From Rhodospirillales bacterium (GTDB lineage: Bacteria; Pseudomonadota; Alphaproteobacteria; Reyranellales; Reyranellaceae), in NCBI GenBank assembly GCA_013205335.1, contig JABMNB010000062.1, positions 1 to 45,251 of the forward strand: 45,251 nucleotides of DNA, in the 5' to 3' direction. The position numbers and the translations under genes are program-made. Shown piece after piece: positions 27,799 to 35,643 of this stretch. Each line of letters opens with the position of its first letter. Within the stretch, counting starts at the first letter, position 1. The notes under the pieces were generated by a model. It saw nothing but the letters and a program-made list of their open reading frames with translations, did no database searches and was not told the DNA's origin.

Positions 27799-29187
27799 GT
27801 GTCGCGTGCCGACCGCGCCGATGGCGCCACCGAAATCCGCCCGCTGTCGATCGATCGCATGGCCTCCTGGCCGACCGTCGCCCCGCTGATCGAGCGGGCC
27901 GGACGTCCGCTCGTCATCGAAGCGCTCCGGGCATGGGTCGACGAGCGACGGGGTACGCCCGAGGTCGCGAGCGAAGCCGCCTGCGTGCAATGGTGCACGG
28001 CGCGTCTCGGCGTGTTCCTGCAGCCCTCGCAGCGGCGCGTGTTCAACCTCACGGGTACCGTGCTGCACACCAATCTCGGCCGCGCCGTTCTGGCCGAGGA
28101 GGCCATTGCCGCGGCGGTCGAGGCGATGCGCTCGCCGACCACGCTCGAATACGATCTGGGCGGCGGTGCGCGCGGCGAGCGCGACGATCACATCGCACCG
28201 TGGCTCTGCCGCCTGACCGGCGCCGAGGCGGCGACGGCCGTCAACAACAATGCCGCCGCGGTGCTGCTGGTGCTGAGCGAGCTTGCCGCCGGCCGCGAGG
28301 TCATCGTGTCGCGCGGCGAGCTGATCGAGATCGGCGGGGCCTTCCGCATTCCCGACATCATGGCGCGCGCCGGCTGCCGGCTGGTCGAGGTCGGTACGAC
28401 CAACCGCACCCATCTCAAGGACTACGCGGCGGCGATCGGGCCGGACACGGCCGCCATCATGAAGGTCCATCCGTCGAACTATGCGATCCAAGGGTTCACG
28501 AAGTCGGTTGCGGCCGCCGACCTCGTGCCGCTGGCGCGCGAGAAGGGCGTGACGCTGATCGAGGATCTCGGCAGCGGCACGCTGGCCGATCTCGAGACCT
28601 GGGGCCTGCCGCACGAGCCGACGGCGCGCGAAGCCGTCGCGTCCGGCGTCGATGTCGTCACCTTCTCCGGCGACAAACTGCTGGGCGGGCCGCAGGCCGG
28701 GCTCGTCGTCGGCCGCAAGCCGCTGATCCAGCGCATCGCGCGCAACCAGATGAAGCGGGCGCTGCGCCTCGACAAGATCCGCCTGGCCGCTCTCGAGGCG
28801 ACACTGCGGCTCTACGCCGATCCGGAACGTCTGGCCCAACGCCTGCCGACCATACGCGCGCTGGCGCGGCCGGCCGCCGAGATCCGCGCGGTGGCGGAAC
28901 GGCTGCTGCCGGCCGTGCAGTCGGCATTGGGTGGCAGGGCGCAGGTGAGCGTGGCGGAGGTGCGGGGACAGATCGGTTCGGGCGCGCTCCCCGTCGACCT
29001 TTTGCCGTCGTTCGCGATTGCGATCAGCGCTAAGGGCTTGGACAGGATGGCGGACCTCTTTCGCCGCCTGCCCATTCCCGTGATCGGACGGATCAGCGAC
29101 GGCACGCTCTACTTCGACCTGCGCACGCTCGACGACGAGCCGGCCTTCGTCGCGCAACTGGACGGACTCCATGTCGTGGCTGGCTAG
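27799..29187 (+). CDS. selA: L-seryl-tRNA(Sec) selenium transferase
   Basis: Motifs VFNLTGTVLHTNLGRA, VNNNAAA, SRGELIEIGGAFR, EVGTTN, KVHPSNY, DLGSG and FSGDKLLGGPQAG. GTG start with AGGA SD. Confidence 0.95.
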   Translation: MSRADRADGATEIRPLSIDRMASWPTVAPLIERAGRPLVIEALRAWVDERRGTPEVASEAACVQWCTARLGVFLQPSQRRVFNLTGTVLHTNLGRAVLAEEAIAAAVEAMRSPTTLEYDLGGGARGERDDHIAPWLCRLTGAEAATAVNNNAAAVLLVLSELAAGREVIVSRGELIEIGGAFRIPDIMARAGCRLVEVGTTNRTHLKDYAAAIGPDTAAIMKVHPSNYAIQGFTKSVAAADLVPLAREKGVTLIEDLGSGTLADLETWGLPHEPTAREAVASGVDVVTFSGDKLLGGPQAGLVVGRKPLIQRIARNQMKRALRLDKIRLAALEATLRLYADPERLAQRLPTIRALARPAAEIRAVAERLLPAVQSALGGRAQVSVAEVRGQIGSGALPVDLLPSFAIAISAKGLDRMADLFRRLPIPVIGRISDGTLYFDLRTLDDEPAFVAQLDGLHVVAG

Positions 29188-29944
29188 GTTGCTCGATCGC
29201 GCGCCGCCGCCGGAGCAGCGGATGGCAGAGGCGCTGGCGGCGTGGACGTCGGGTGACTATGGCGTCGCTCTCGACCTGTGGGCGCCGCTCGCCCATGGAG
29301 GGCATGCAAGGGCGCAAAGCAACATGGGCGCGGCCTTCCTGCAGGGAAGCGGTGTCGAACAGGATCATGCCAAGGCGATCGACTGGCTCCGGCGCGCCGC
29401 CGAGCAGGGCGACGCCGGCGGCCAGCGCAATCTCGCCGTCTGCTACTACGAAGGATGGGGCGTGCCGCAGGACCATGCCGAAGCCGCGCGGCTCTATGAG
29501 AAGGCCGCGCAGCAGGACGATCCCGAGGCGCAGGACATGCTGTCGTGGATGAAGCTGGTGGGCGGCGGTTGCCCGCAGGATTACGCCGGCGCGCGTTTCT
29601 GGGCGGAGAAGGCGGCCGCTCACGGCAGCGCTGCGGCGATGGCCCGGCTGGGTGACATTCATCACAACGCGCTGGGCGTCGAACGCGACGCGACGGCCGC
29701 CGCCGATTGGTGGGCGCGCGCGGCGCGGCTTGGCCATGCCGAGGCGCAGGCGATGCTGGGGGCGGCCTGGCTCGCCGGCAAGGGTATCGAGCGCGACGTG
29801 GTCGAGGCGCTGCACTGGTTGCGGCGGGCCGAGATGGGCGGTGCGGGCGAGCTGGCGGCCGGGTTCCTGAAGGAGGCGAGGGCCCATGCCAAGCCCTCGC
29901 AGCGTGCCGAAGCGGAGCGTCGGGCCGAGGAGCCGCTGCGATGA
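29171..29944 (+). CDS. Sel1-like (SLR/TPR) repeat protein
   Basis: About five 36-aa repeats of the form AQxxLG/A..Y..G.GV.QD...A..W...AA..G. Overlaps selA by 17 nt and selB by ATGA. Confidence 0.9.
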   Translation: MSWLARLLDRAPPPEQRMAEALAAWTSGDYGVALDLWAPLAHGGHARAQSNMGAAFLQGSGVEQDHAKAIDWLRRAAEQGDAGGQRNLAVCYYEGWGVPQDHAEAARLYEKAAQQDDPEAQDMLSWMKLVGGGCPQDYAGARFWAEKAAAHGSAAAMARLGDIHHNALGVERDATAAADWWARAARLGHAEAQAMLGAAWLAGKGIERDVVEALHWLRRAEMGGAGELAAGFLKEARAHAKPSQRAEAERRAEEPLR

Positions 29945-31839
29945 TCGTCGGCACGGCGGGCCATATCGATCACGGCAAGACTGCGCTGGTGAAGGCATTG
30001 ACCGGCGTCGATGCCGACCGCCTCAAGGAAGAGAAGGCGCGCGGTATCACCATCGACCTGGGCTATGCCTACAGCGATCTCGGCGACGGCCGTCAGCTCG
30101 GCTTCGTCGACGTGCCTGGCCACGAGCGCTTCGTGCACAACATGCTGGCCGGTGCGACCGGCATCGATGCGGCGCTGCTCGTCGTGTCGGCCGCCGAGGG
30201 AATCAAGCCTCAGACCGTGGAGCATCTGCAGATCCTCGACCTGCTGGGCCTCGATCGCGGCATCGTGGCCCTCACCAAGGCCGACCTCGCCAACGAAGAC
30301 CAGCAGCTCGAGCGGATGGCCGAGATCGAGACCTTGCTCGCCACGACCTCGCTGCGCGGCGCGGAGATCGTGCCGGTCTCGGCGGTGACCGGGCAGGGGA
30401 TCGACGAGCTGAAGGAGAAGCTGCTGGTCCTCGGCGAGAGCGGCAAGGGCGCCGCGGGCTTCGCCCGTCTCGCGGTCGATCGCTGCTTCGTGCTGTCCGG
30501 TGCGGGCGTCGTCGTCACGGGCACGGTCCACGCCGGCGAGATCAAGGTCGACGACCGGCTGCTGCTGACGCCGTCCGGCATCGAGGCGCGGGTGCGCTCG
30601 CTGCATGCCCAGAACCGGCCTGCAGGGATCGGGCGCGCCGGCGAGCGCTGCGCGCTCAACCTCGCGGGGCCGCGGCTTTCCAAGGACGCGATCCGGCGCG
30701 GCGAATGGGTCGTCAGCCCCGAACTCCATGCGCCGACCGACCGCATCGATGTCCGGCTGAGCCTGCTTTCCTCGGAAACCCAGCCGTTGAAGCACTGGTC
30801 GCCGGTCCATGTTCATCTGGGATCGGCCCATGTGATGGGCCGCGTGGCGCTGCTCGAAGGCGAGCGGCTGGCGCCGGGCGACACGGCGCTCGCCCAGATC
30901 GTCCTCGATGAAAAGGTCGGCGCACTCGCCGGCGACAGGGTCATTCTCCGCGATCCTTCGGCGACGCGCACCATGGCCGGCGCGACGGTGATCGATCCGT
31001 TCGGGCCGCCCCGCAACCGCCGGGCCGAGCGACGGCTGGCGGAGTTGGGCGCACTGGCCGAGAGCGACGGCGAAGTCATGCCGCGCCTGCTGGACCTGGA
31101 GAGCGGCTACGTCGATCTCTCCCGTTTCGGCCTGGCGCGAAACCTGAGGCCTGCCGAGGTCGAGAAACTCCTGCAGATGGCCGGGGGAGAAAAGCTGGAG
31201 GGCTTCGGCTTTCTGGCGACGATCCTCGAGGCGGCACGTAGGGACATCGTCGAAACCCTCAAAACCTTCCACGAGACCAAGGCCGATGCGCCGGGTCTGC
31301 AGGCCGAACGCCTGCGGGTGACACTGAAGCATCGCTGGCCCGCCTCCGTGTTCAAGGTGCTGCTCGATGGGGAGATTCGCGCCAAGACCGTCGTCGTCGA
31401 CGGCGCCTTCCTGCGTCTTCCCGGCCATTCCTTGAAGCTGGGATCGCGCGACGAGGCGCTATGGAAGAAGATATCGGCCGACATGACGCGCGATCGCTTC
31501 AAGCCGCCGCGGGTCCGTGACTTTGCGCAGGCTTACAACGCGCCGGAGACCGATACGCGCAAGCTTCTGCAGCGGCTCTCGAAGCTGGGGCGTGTGGTGG
31601 AAGTAGCGCCCGACCATTATTTCCTGCGCCCCGTGGTGGGCGAAATGGTCGGCATCGTGAACGGATTCGGCCACGAGTTCAGCGCGGCGGAGTTCCGCGA
31701 CAAGCTCGACAACGGCCGCAAGCTCGCGATCCAGATCCTGGAATTCTTCGATCGTCACGGCATCACGATCCGTCGCGGCGACCTGCGCCGGGCGGTGCCG
31801 CAAAAGGCGGGGCAGTTCGGTCCGCCGCCTACGCCTTAG
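29941..31839 (+). CDS. selB: Selenocysteine-specific translation elongation factor SelB
   Basis: GTPase motifs GTAGHIDHGKT, GITIDLG, DVPGHE and TKAD. C-terminal winged-helix segment GRKLAIQILEFFDR.G.T.RRGD.R. Confidence 0.96.
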   Translation: MIVGTAGHIDHGKTALVKALTGVDADRLKEEKARGITIDLGYAYSDLGDGRQLGFVDVPGHERFVHNMLAGATGIDAALLVVSAAEGIKPQTVEHLQILDLLGLDRGIVALTKADLANEDQQLERMAEIETLLATTSLRGAEIVPVSAVTGQGIDELKEKLLVLGESGKGAAGFARLAVDRCFVLSGAGVVVTGTVHAGEIKVDDRLLLTPSGIEARVRSLHAQNRPAGIGRAGERCALNLAGPRLSKDAIRRGEWVVSPELHAPTDRIDVRLSLLSSETQPLKHWSPVHVHLGSAHVMGRVALLEGERLAPGDTALAQIVLDEKVGALAGDRVILRDPSATRTMAGATVIDPFGPPRNRRAERRLAELGALAESDGEVMPRLLDLESGYVDLSRFGLARNLRPAEVEKLLQMAGGEKLEGFGFLATILEAARRDIVETLKTFHETKADAPGLQAERLRVTLKHRWPASVFKVLLDGEIRAKTVVVDGAFLRLPGHSLKLGSRDEALWKKISADMTRDRFKPPRVRDFAQAYNAPETDTRKLLQRLSKLGRVVEVAPDHYFLRPVVGEMVGIVNGFGHEFSAAEFRDKLDNGRKLAIQILEFFDRHGITIRRGDLRRAVPQKAGQFGPPPTP

Positions 31840-32179
31840 CGACGGGTCCGCTCAGGCTGACCGGCGCGTCGTCGGGGCCGCTGAACAGGGACAGCAGGAA
31901 TCCATGCTCTTCGTGCGGGTCGCCGCCGACGTTCACGCCTCGTGCGCTGAGTTCGGCGCGTTTGGCGGCCAGATCGGGAACACGCAGGCCCGGCTGCCAT
32001 GTCCCTGCCGGATTTGCCGGCGACGCTGGTTGCAGAGCCAGTCGAGTGGTGCCGGTGTCGAATTCGGCCCAATCGGGGCTCTCGAACTTGAGCTTCAGGC
32101 CGACGGTGTCGCGCCAGAAGGCCACTGAGGCCGCCAGATCCGAGACATTCGCGATGACGTACTTCAGCTGGATTGTCAT
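31829..32179 (-). CDS. VOC (glyoxalase/bleomycin resistance) family protein
   Basis: Motifs VSDLAASVAFWRDTVGL, WAEFDTG, VPDL and GPD. Start set at ATG 32179 because the longer ORF would overlap selC. Confidence 0.8.
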   Translation of the reverse strand: MTIQLKYVIANVSDLAASVAFWRDTVGLKLKFESPDWAEFDTGTTRLALQPASPANPAGTWQPGLRVPDLAAKRAELSARGVNVGGDPHEEHGFLLSLFSGPDDAPVSLSGPVAKA

Positions 32180-32255
32180 GATCCTGGATCCCTTGAGAAA
32201 TTTCATCCTAGCACGACAGGTGACACGGGATTGGTTCTGGTGAATCATCCGTCCC

Positions 32256-32351
32256 GGAGGGGAAGCGCTCCCGGTGGGGCGGCTGGCCTTCAAAGCCAGA
32301 GAGGGCCGTTCGCCGGTTCTTAGTGGGTTCGACTCCCACTCTCTTCCGCCA
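32256..32351 (+). tRNA. selC: tRNA-Sec (anticodon TCA), 96 nt
   Basis: 8-bp acceptor stem GGAGGGGA/TCTCTTCC followed by GCCA. 6-bp D stem CGCTCC/GGGGCG with a 4-nt loop. Anticodon arm CTGGC-CTTCAAA-GCCAG (TCA at 32290-32292). Long variable arm and a 5-bp T arm GTGGG-TTCGACT-CCCAC. Confidence 0.97.
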
Positions 32352-32383
32352 TCTTGCTTGTTTCCTGGGAGTCGATCTCATCG

Positions 32384-32713
32384 ATGCGTAACTTGATCTT
32401 CGTCGCCTTGCTGTCGCTGGCGGGGTGTTCGGCAAATTCCCAGTATTCGGAGCCTTGGACGGTGCGATCGGTCAAGCAGACGTACGAAGCCCGGGATGCC
32501 TGCCTGTTAAAGCAGGCCGCGTCGGCTGCCGTCGACGGTTCGGATGCGTCGAGCATCGGGCGCTCCATCAGCTCGAACTGCCAGGCCGAGACGAACGCGC
32601 TGATCGCGAGCAGCAACCCGCGCAACGACCCGGCCATAGCGGCGGCCATCCGGCAGGATTCCGATTTCAGGGCGACGGGCTACGTGCTGAAGGCCCGTGG
32701 TCAATACAACTAG
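32384..32713 (+). CDS. Small hypothetical lipoprotein
   Basis: MRNLIFVALLSLAGC is a signal peptide with lipobox LAGC. Two further Cys residues follow. Confidence 0.7.
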   Translation: MRNLIFVALLSLAGCSANSQYSEPWTVRSVKQTYEARDACLLKQAASAAVDGSDASSIGRSISSNCQAETNALIASSNPRNDPAIAAAIRQDSDFRATGYVLKARGQYN

Positions 32714-32734
32714 GATCGCGCTGAAGAGGGCGAT

Positions 32735-32896
32735 GTGACGAACGAGGACGCAAAGATCGCGCTGGCCAATCTCATGATCAGGAAGGCCGGCCTCATCCGC
32801 ACGATCCGGCATGAGATGCACAAGCAGGGGGTCGTCTACTACGTCGGCCTCACCGAGATTCTCGAGGCGATCGAGCGAGCGAAGAAGGAAAACTGA
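32735..32896 (+). CDS. Small hypothetical protein, 53 aa (not in ORF track)
   Basis: GAGGG SD, GTG start and GC3-rich codons. It fills the gap between two co-oriented genes. Sequence: MTNEDAKIALANLMIRKAGLIRTIRHEMHKQGVVYYVGLTEILEAIERAKKEN. Confidence 0.6.
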   Translation: MTNEDAKIALANLMIRKAGLIRTIRHEMHKQGVVYYVGLTEILEAIERAKKEN

Positions 32897-32901
32897 CTCT
32901 C

Positions 32902-33435
32902 ATGGCTGGAAAGGATTTCGACATGCTTCGATCCATACTGACGACGGCTGCGACCGCTGTACTCTTGGTCACTCTGGGCAACGGCGCCCAGGCGCAGACC
33001 CCGGCCGCTCCGGGCACGCCTCAGGCGGCCGGCAAGTCCGGCGCGAATGTCGGCTCGCTCACCTGCAAGGTGGCGGGCGGCATGGGCTTCATCTTCGGCT
33101 CTTCGAAAGATCTCGACTGCATCTTCGCCCGCACCGACGGTGTCGGCGAGAAGTACACCGGCGCGATCAAGCGCTACGGTGTCGATATCGGCTTCACCAA
33201 GGAATCGCAGATCGTGTGGCTGGTGTTCGCTCCCGGCAGCATCGCGCCGGGCGCCCTGGCGGGTGGCTATGTCGGCGCGACGGCGCAAGCCACGGTGGGC
33301 GGGGGCGTCGGCGCCAACGTCCTGCTGGGCGGCGGCAGCGGCCAGGTCACCCTGCAGCCGGTCAGCGTCGAAGGCAGCATCGGCCTGAACGTCGCCGCCG
33401 GCGTCGCCGAGGTCGAGCTCAAGTACGCGAAGTAG
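32902..33435 (+). CDS. DUF992-family exported protein
   Basis: Signal peptide, then VGSLTC...G.GFIFGSSK.L.C, YTG.I..YGVDIG, GVGANVLLGG and LQPVSVEG..GLNVAAG. The start may be ATG 32923. Confidence 0.8.
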   Translation: MAGKDFDMLRSILTTAATAVLLVTLGNGAQAQTPAAPGTPQAAGKSGANVGSLTCKVAGGMGFIFGSSKDLDCIFARTDGVGEKYTGAIKRYGVDIGFTKESQIVWLVFAPGSIAPGALAGGYVGATAQATVGGGVGANVLLGGGSGQVTLQPVSVEGSIGLNVAAGVAEVELKYAK

Positions 33436-33476
33436 AGAGGCTTGCGGCAACCCCGCCGGTCGGGTCAACTGCTGGA

Positions 33477-33974
33477 ATGCCGGCTGCCGTAGACTCCCTG
33501 ATCGCCCGCCTCCAGGCGGATTGCACCGCGGCCGAAACGGCCGAGCGCAAGGTGCGGGCCTCCGTCGAGGCCCAGATCAGGGAGGCCGAGCGGGCGCGCA
33601 CCTTCGCGTGGCGCCGCCTCAGCGCGCTCTCCGACATGGCGAGGGTCGCCGCCCTCGAGCCCGATCGGGACATCGCGGTTGAGCGCCAGCTCGAGGCGCT
33701 GTTCCGCGACATCGGCTGGATCGAGAATGGCCTGGTCGAACTGGGCGAGGGAGCGAGGCCACTGCTCGACTGGTTGCGCCCCATCGCCGAAGCCCTGCAT
33801 GCCGGCGCGCATCCGCCGGAACCTCAGGACGGCACGTCGCCCGAGCCGCCGGTGATCGCCGATCCGGTCGCCGCGTTCCGCGCTTTCGAGGCCTGGTACG
33901 AGGCCGAGCGCGGCGAGCCCTTCCTGCAGGTCTTCGACCGCTATATGCCGCCCACGCCCGTGGTCGAATTCTAG
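33477..33974 (+). CDS. Hypothetical helical protein, first gene of the fdhD-mobB unit
   Basis: 165-aa ORF with coding-like codon usage, ending FEAWY...PF..F..YMPPTPVVEF. It stops 8 nt before the next gene. Confidence 0.7.
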   Translation: MPAAVDSLIARLQADCTAAETAERKVRASVEAQIREAERARTFAWRRLSALSDMARVAALEPDRDIAVERQLEALFRDIGWIENGLVELGEGARPLLDWLRPIAEALHAGAHPPEPQDGTSPEPPVIADPVAAFRAFEAWYEAERGEPFLQVFDRYMPPTPVVEF

Positions 33975-33982
33975 GACCGGCG

Positions 33983-34352
33983 ATGAAGACCGATTTCGAG
34001 CACTGGCTCGCGGCCCAGTTCGCCGACACGGGGGCGTTCACGGTCTTCATCCTGCTGGTGCAGATCGGCGATGCCAGCACGGTGCTTCTGAAGTCGAGCT
34101 ATGCCCATCTGATCGGTGACGAGATGACGTGGCAGGAGATGCGGACCTTGCTCGATGGCGCGCGCGCCCTGGAGCGGTGTCGCTTTCTTCGTCGGCCTCG
34201 GCCACGAGGGCGGCCCCCTGCCCGACAGGGTGGCCGCGCGCAAGCTCAAGGAGGTCGAGGCCGACGTGAAGGCCGATCCCCTGACCCTGAATCGCGGCCT
34301 GTTCTTCGATCGCGAGGGCCGACACCTCAGGATCGACGAGACCACGGCATGA
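33983..34352 (+). pseudogene. Hypothetical protein split by a frameshift in a (GC)5 tract (real mutation, phase variant or sequence error)
   Basis: Protein-like sequence is in the 33983 frame up to LLDGAR, then in the +1 frame (APWSGVAFF...RIDETTA). That frame ends in an ATGA overlap with fdhD. Adding one GC unit at 34158-34167 restores a 123-aa ORF. Confidence 0.7.
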
Positions 34353-35149
34353 GCCGCGACGGCTCGGTTCGCCGGCCGGCCCGCCGCCTTACGGCCGGCG
34401 GCAGCGAGATGCTCGAAGAGACGGTTGCCGAGGAAGTTGCGGTCGCACTGGTCTACAACGGCATCAGTCATGCGGTGATGATGGCGACGCCGTGCGACCT
34501 CGAGGATTTCGGCCGCGGCTTTACCCTGACCGAACGGATCGTCGAGAGGCCGTCGGAAATCTACGACATCGAGGTCGAGCCGGTCGGGCGCGGCATCGAG
34601 GTCAGGCTCGAGATCGCGACGCAACGGATGGCGGGTCTCCAGGAGCGGCGGCGCAGCCTTGTCGGGCGTACCGGCTGCGGCCTGTGCGGCGTCGACAGTC
34701 TGGATGCCGCCCTGCGCACCGTTGCGGCGGTGACGAGCCCGCACCCGGTGGCGCGGCGGTCGATCGAGCGGGCGATGGCGGGATTGCCCGGACAACAGAA
34801 GATCAACCGGTCGAACGGCGCCGCTCATGCCGCGGGCTGGGCGGCGGCCGATGGCACGCTGGTCGCCGTTCGCGAGGATGTCGGTCGCCACAATGCGCTC
34901 GACAAGTTGGCCGGCGCGCTGGCGCGAAGCGGCGGCGGCGAAGCGGGTGGCTTCGTGGTTGTGACCAGTCGCTGCTCCTACGAAATGGTCCAGAAGGCCG
35001 CGGCCATCGGTGCGTCGGCCATCGCAGCCGTTTCTGCCCCGACATCGCTCGCCATCGAGACGGCCGAGCAGGCGGGGGTCGCGCTGGTGGCGTTCGTGCG
35101 CGAGGGTCGCCTGACCGTCTATGCCCACGCCGAACGGATAACGGAGTGA
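34349..35149 (+). CDS. fdhD: Formate dehydrogenase accessory sulfurtransferase FdhD
   Basis: Motifs VAEEVAVAL.YNG, MMATP.DLEDF, GCGLCG, HAA, REDVGRHNALDKL, TSR.SYEMVQK and SAPTSLA. Confidence 0.93.
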   Translation: MSRDGSVRRPARRLTAGGSEMLEETVAEEVAVALVYNGISHAVMMATPCDLEDFGRGFTLTERIVERPSEIYDIEVEPVGRGIEVRLEIATQRMAGLQERRRSLVGRTGCGLCGVDSLDAALRTVAAVTSPHPVARRSIERAMAGLPGQQKINRSNGAAHAAGWAAADGTLVAVREDVGRHNALDKLAGALARSGGGEAGGFVVVTSRCSYEMVQKAAAIGASAIAAVSAPTSLAIETAEQAGVALVAFVREGRLTVYAHAERITE

Positions 35150-35634
35150 CCGCGCCGCGCGTCTTCGGCGTCACCGGCTGGAAGAACGCCGGCAAGACGA
35201 CGCTGACGGAGCGACTGGTGGCGGAATTCGTACGCCGCGGCTGGCGCGTGGCCACCATCAAGCATGCCCACCACGACATCGATATCGACCTGCCAGGCAC
35301 CGATTCATATCGTCATCGAGTAGCCGGTGCCAGCGAGGTCGCCCTCGTCGGCGGCCGACGCTACGCCATCATGTGCGAGACACCGGAGCCGTCGATCGCC
35401 GAAGTGATGGCGCGATTGGCGCCCGCCGATCTCGTCCTGATCGAAGGCTACAAGCGCGAAGCGCATCCAAAGATCGAGGTTCGGGCATCGGAGGATGCCG
35501 CGCCGCTGTCGCCGGGCGATCCCGCCATCGTCGCGATCGCGGCCGATGTGCAACCTTCAGATGGCGGTTTGCCGTGGTTCCGGCGCGACGACGTTGCCGC
35601 CATCGCGGACTTTATCGCCGCGACACCCGATTGA
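35146..35634 (+). CDS. mobB: Molybdopterin-guanine dinucleotide biosynthesis protein MobB
   Basis: P-loop GWKNAGKTTL, IKHAHH, GTDSYRH and DLVLIEGYK. GTGA overlap with fdhD. Confidence 0.92.
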   Translation: MTAPRVFGVTGWKNAGKTTLTERLVAEFVRRGWRVATIKHAHHDIDIDLPGTDSYRHRVAGASEVALVGGRRYAIMCETPEPSIAEVMARLAPADLVLIEGYKREAHPKIEVRASEDAAPLSPGDPAIVAIAADVQPSDGGLPWFRRDDVAAIADFIAATPD

Positions 35635-35643
35635 CGCTGTGCC

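Noticed and set aside
32256-33476. Integrative element inserted at selC
   Set aside because: No integrase and no duplicated tRNA 3' end were found in the window.
33983-35149. 388-aa novel FdhD fusion as an evolved protein
   Set aside because: The middle part is out-of-frame, Arg-rich sequence. It is better explained by a 2-nt loss in the GC tract.
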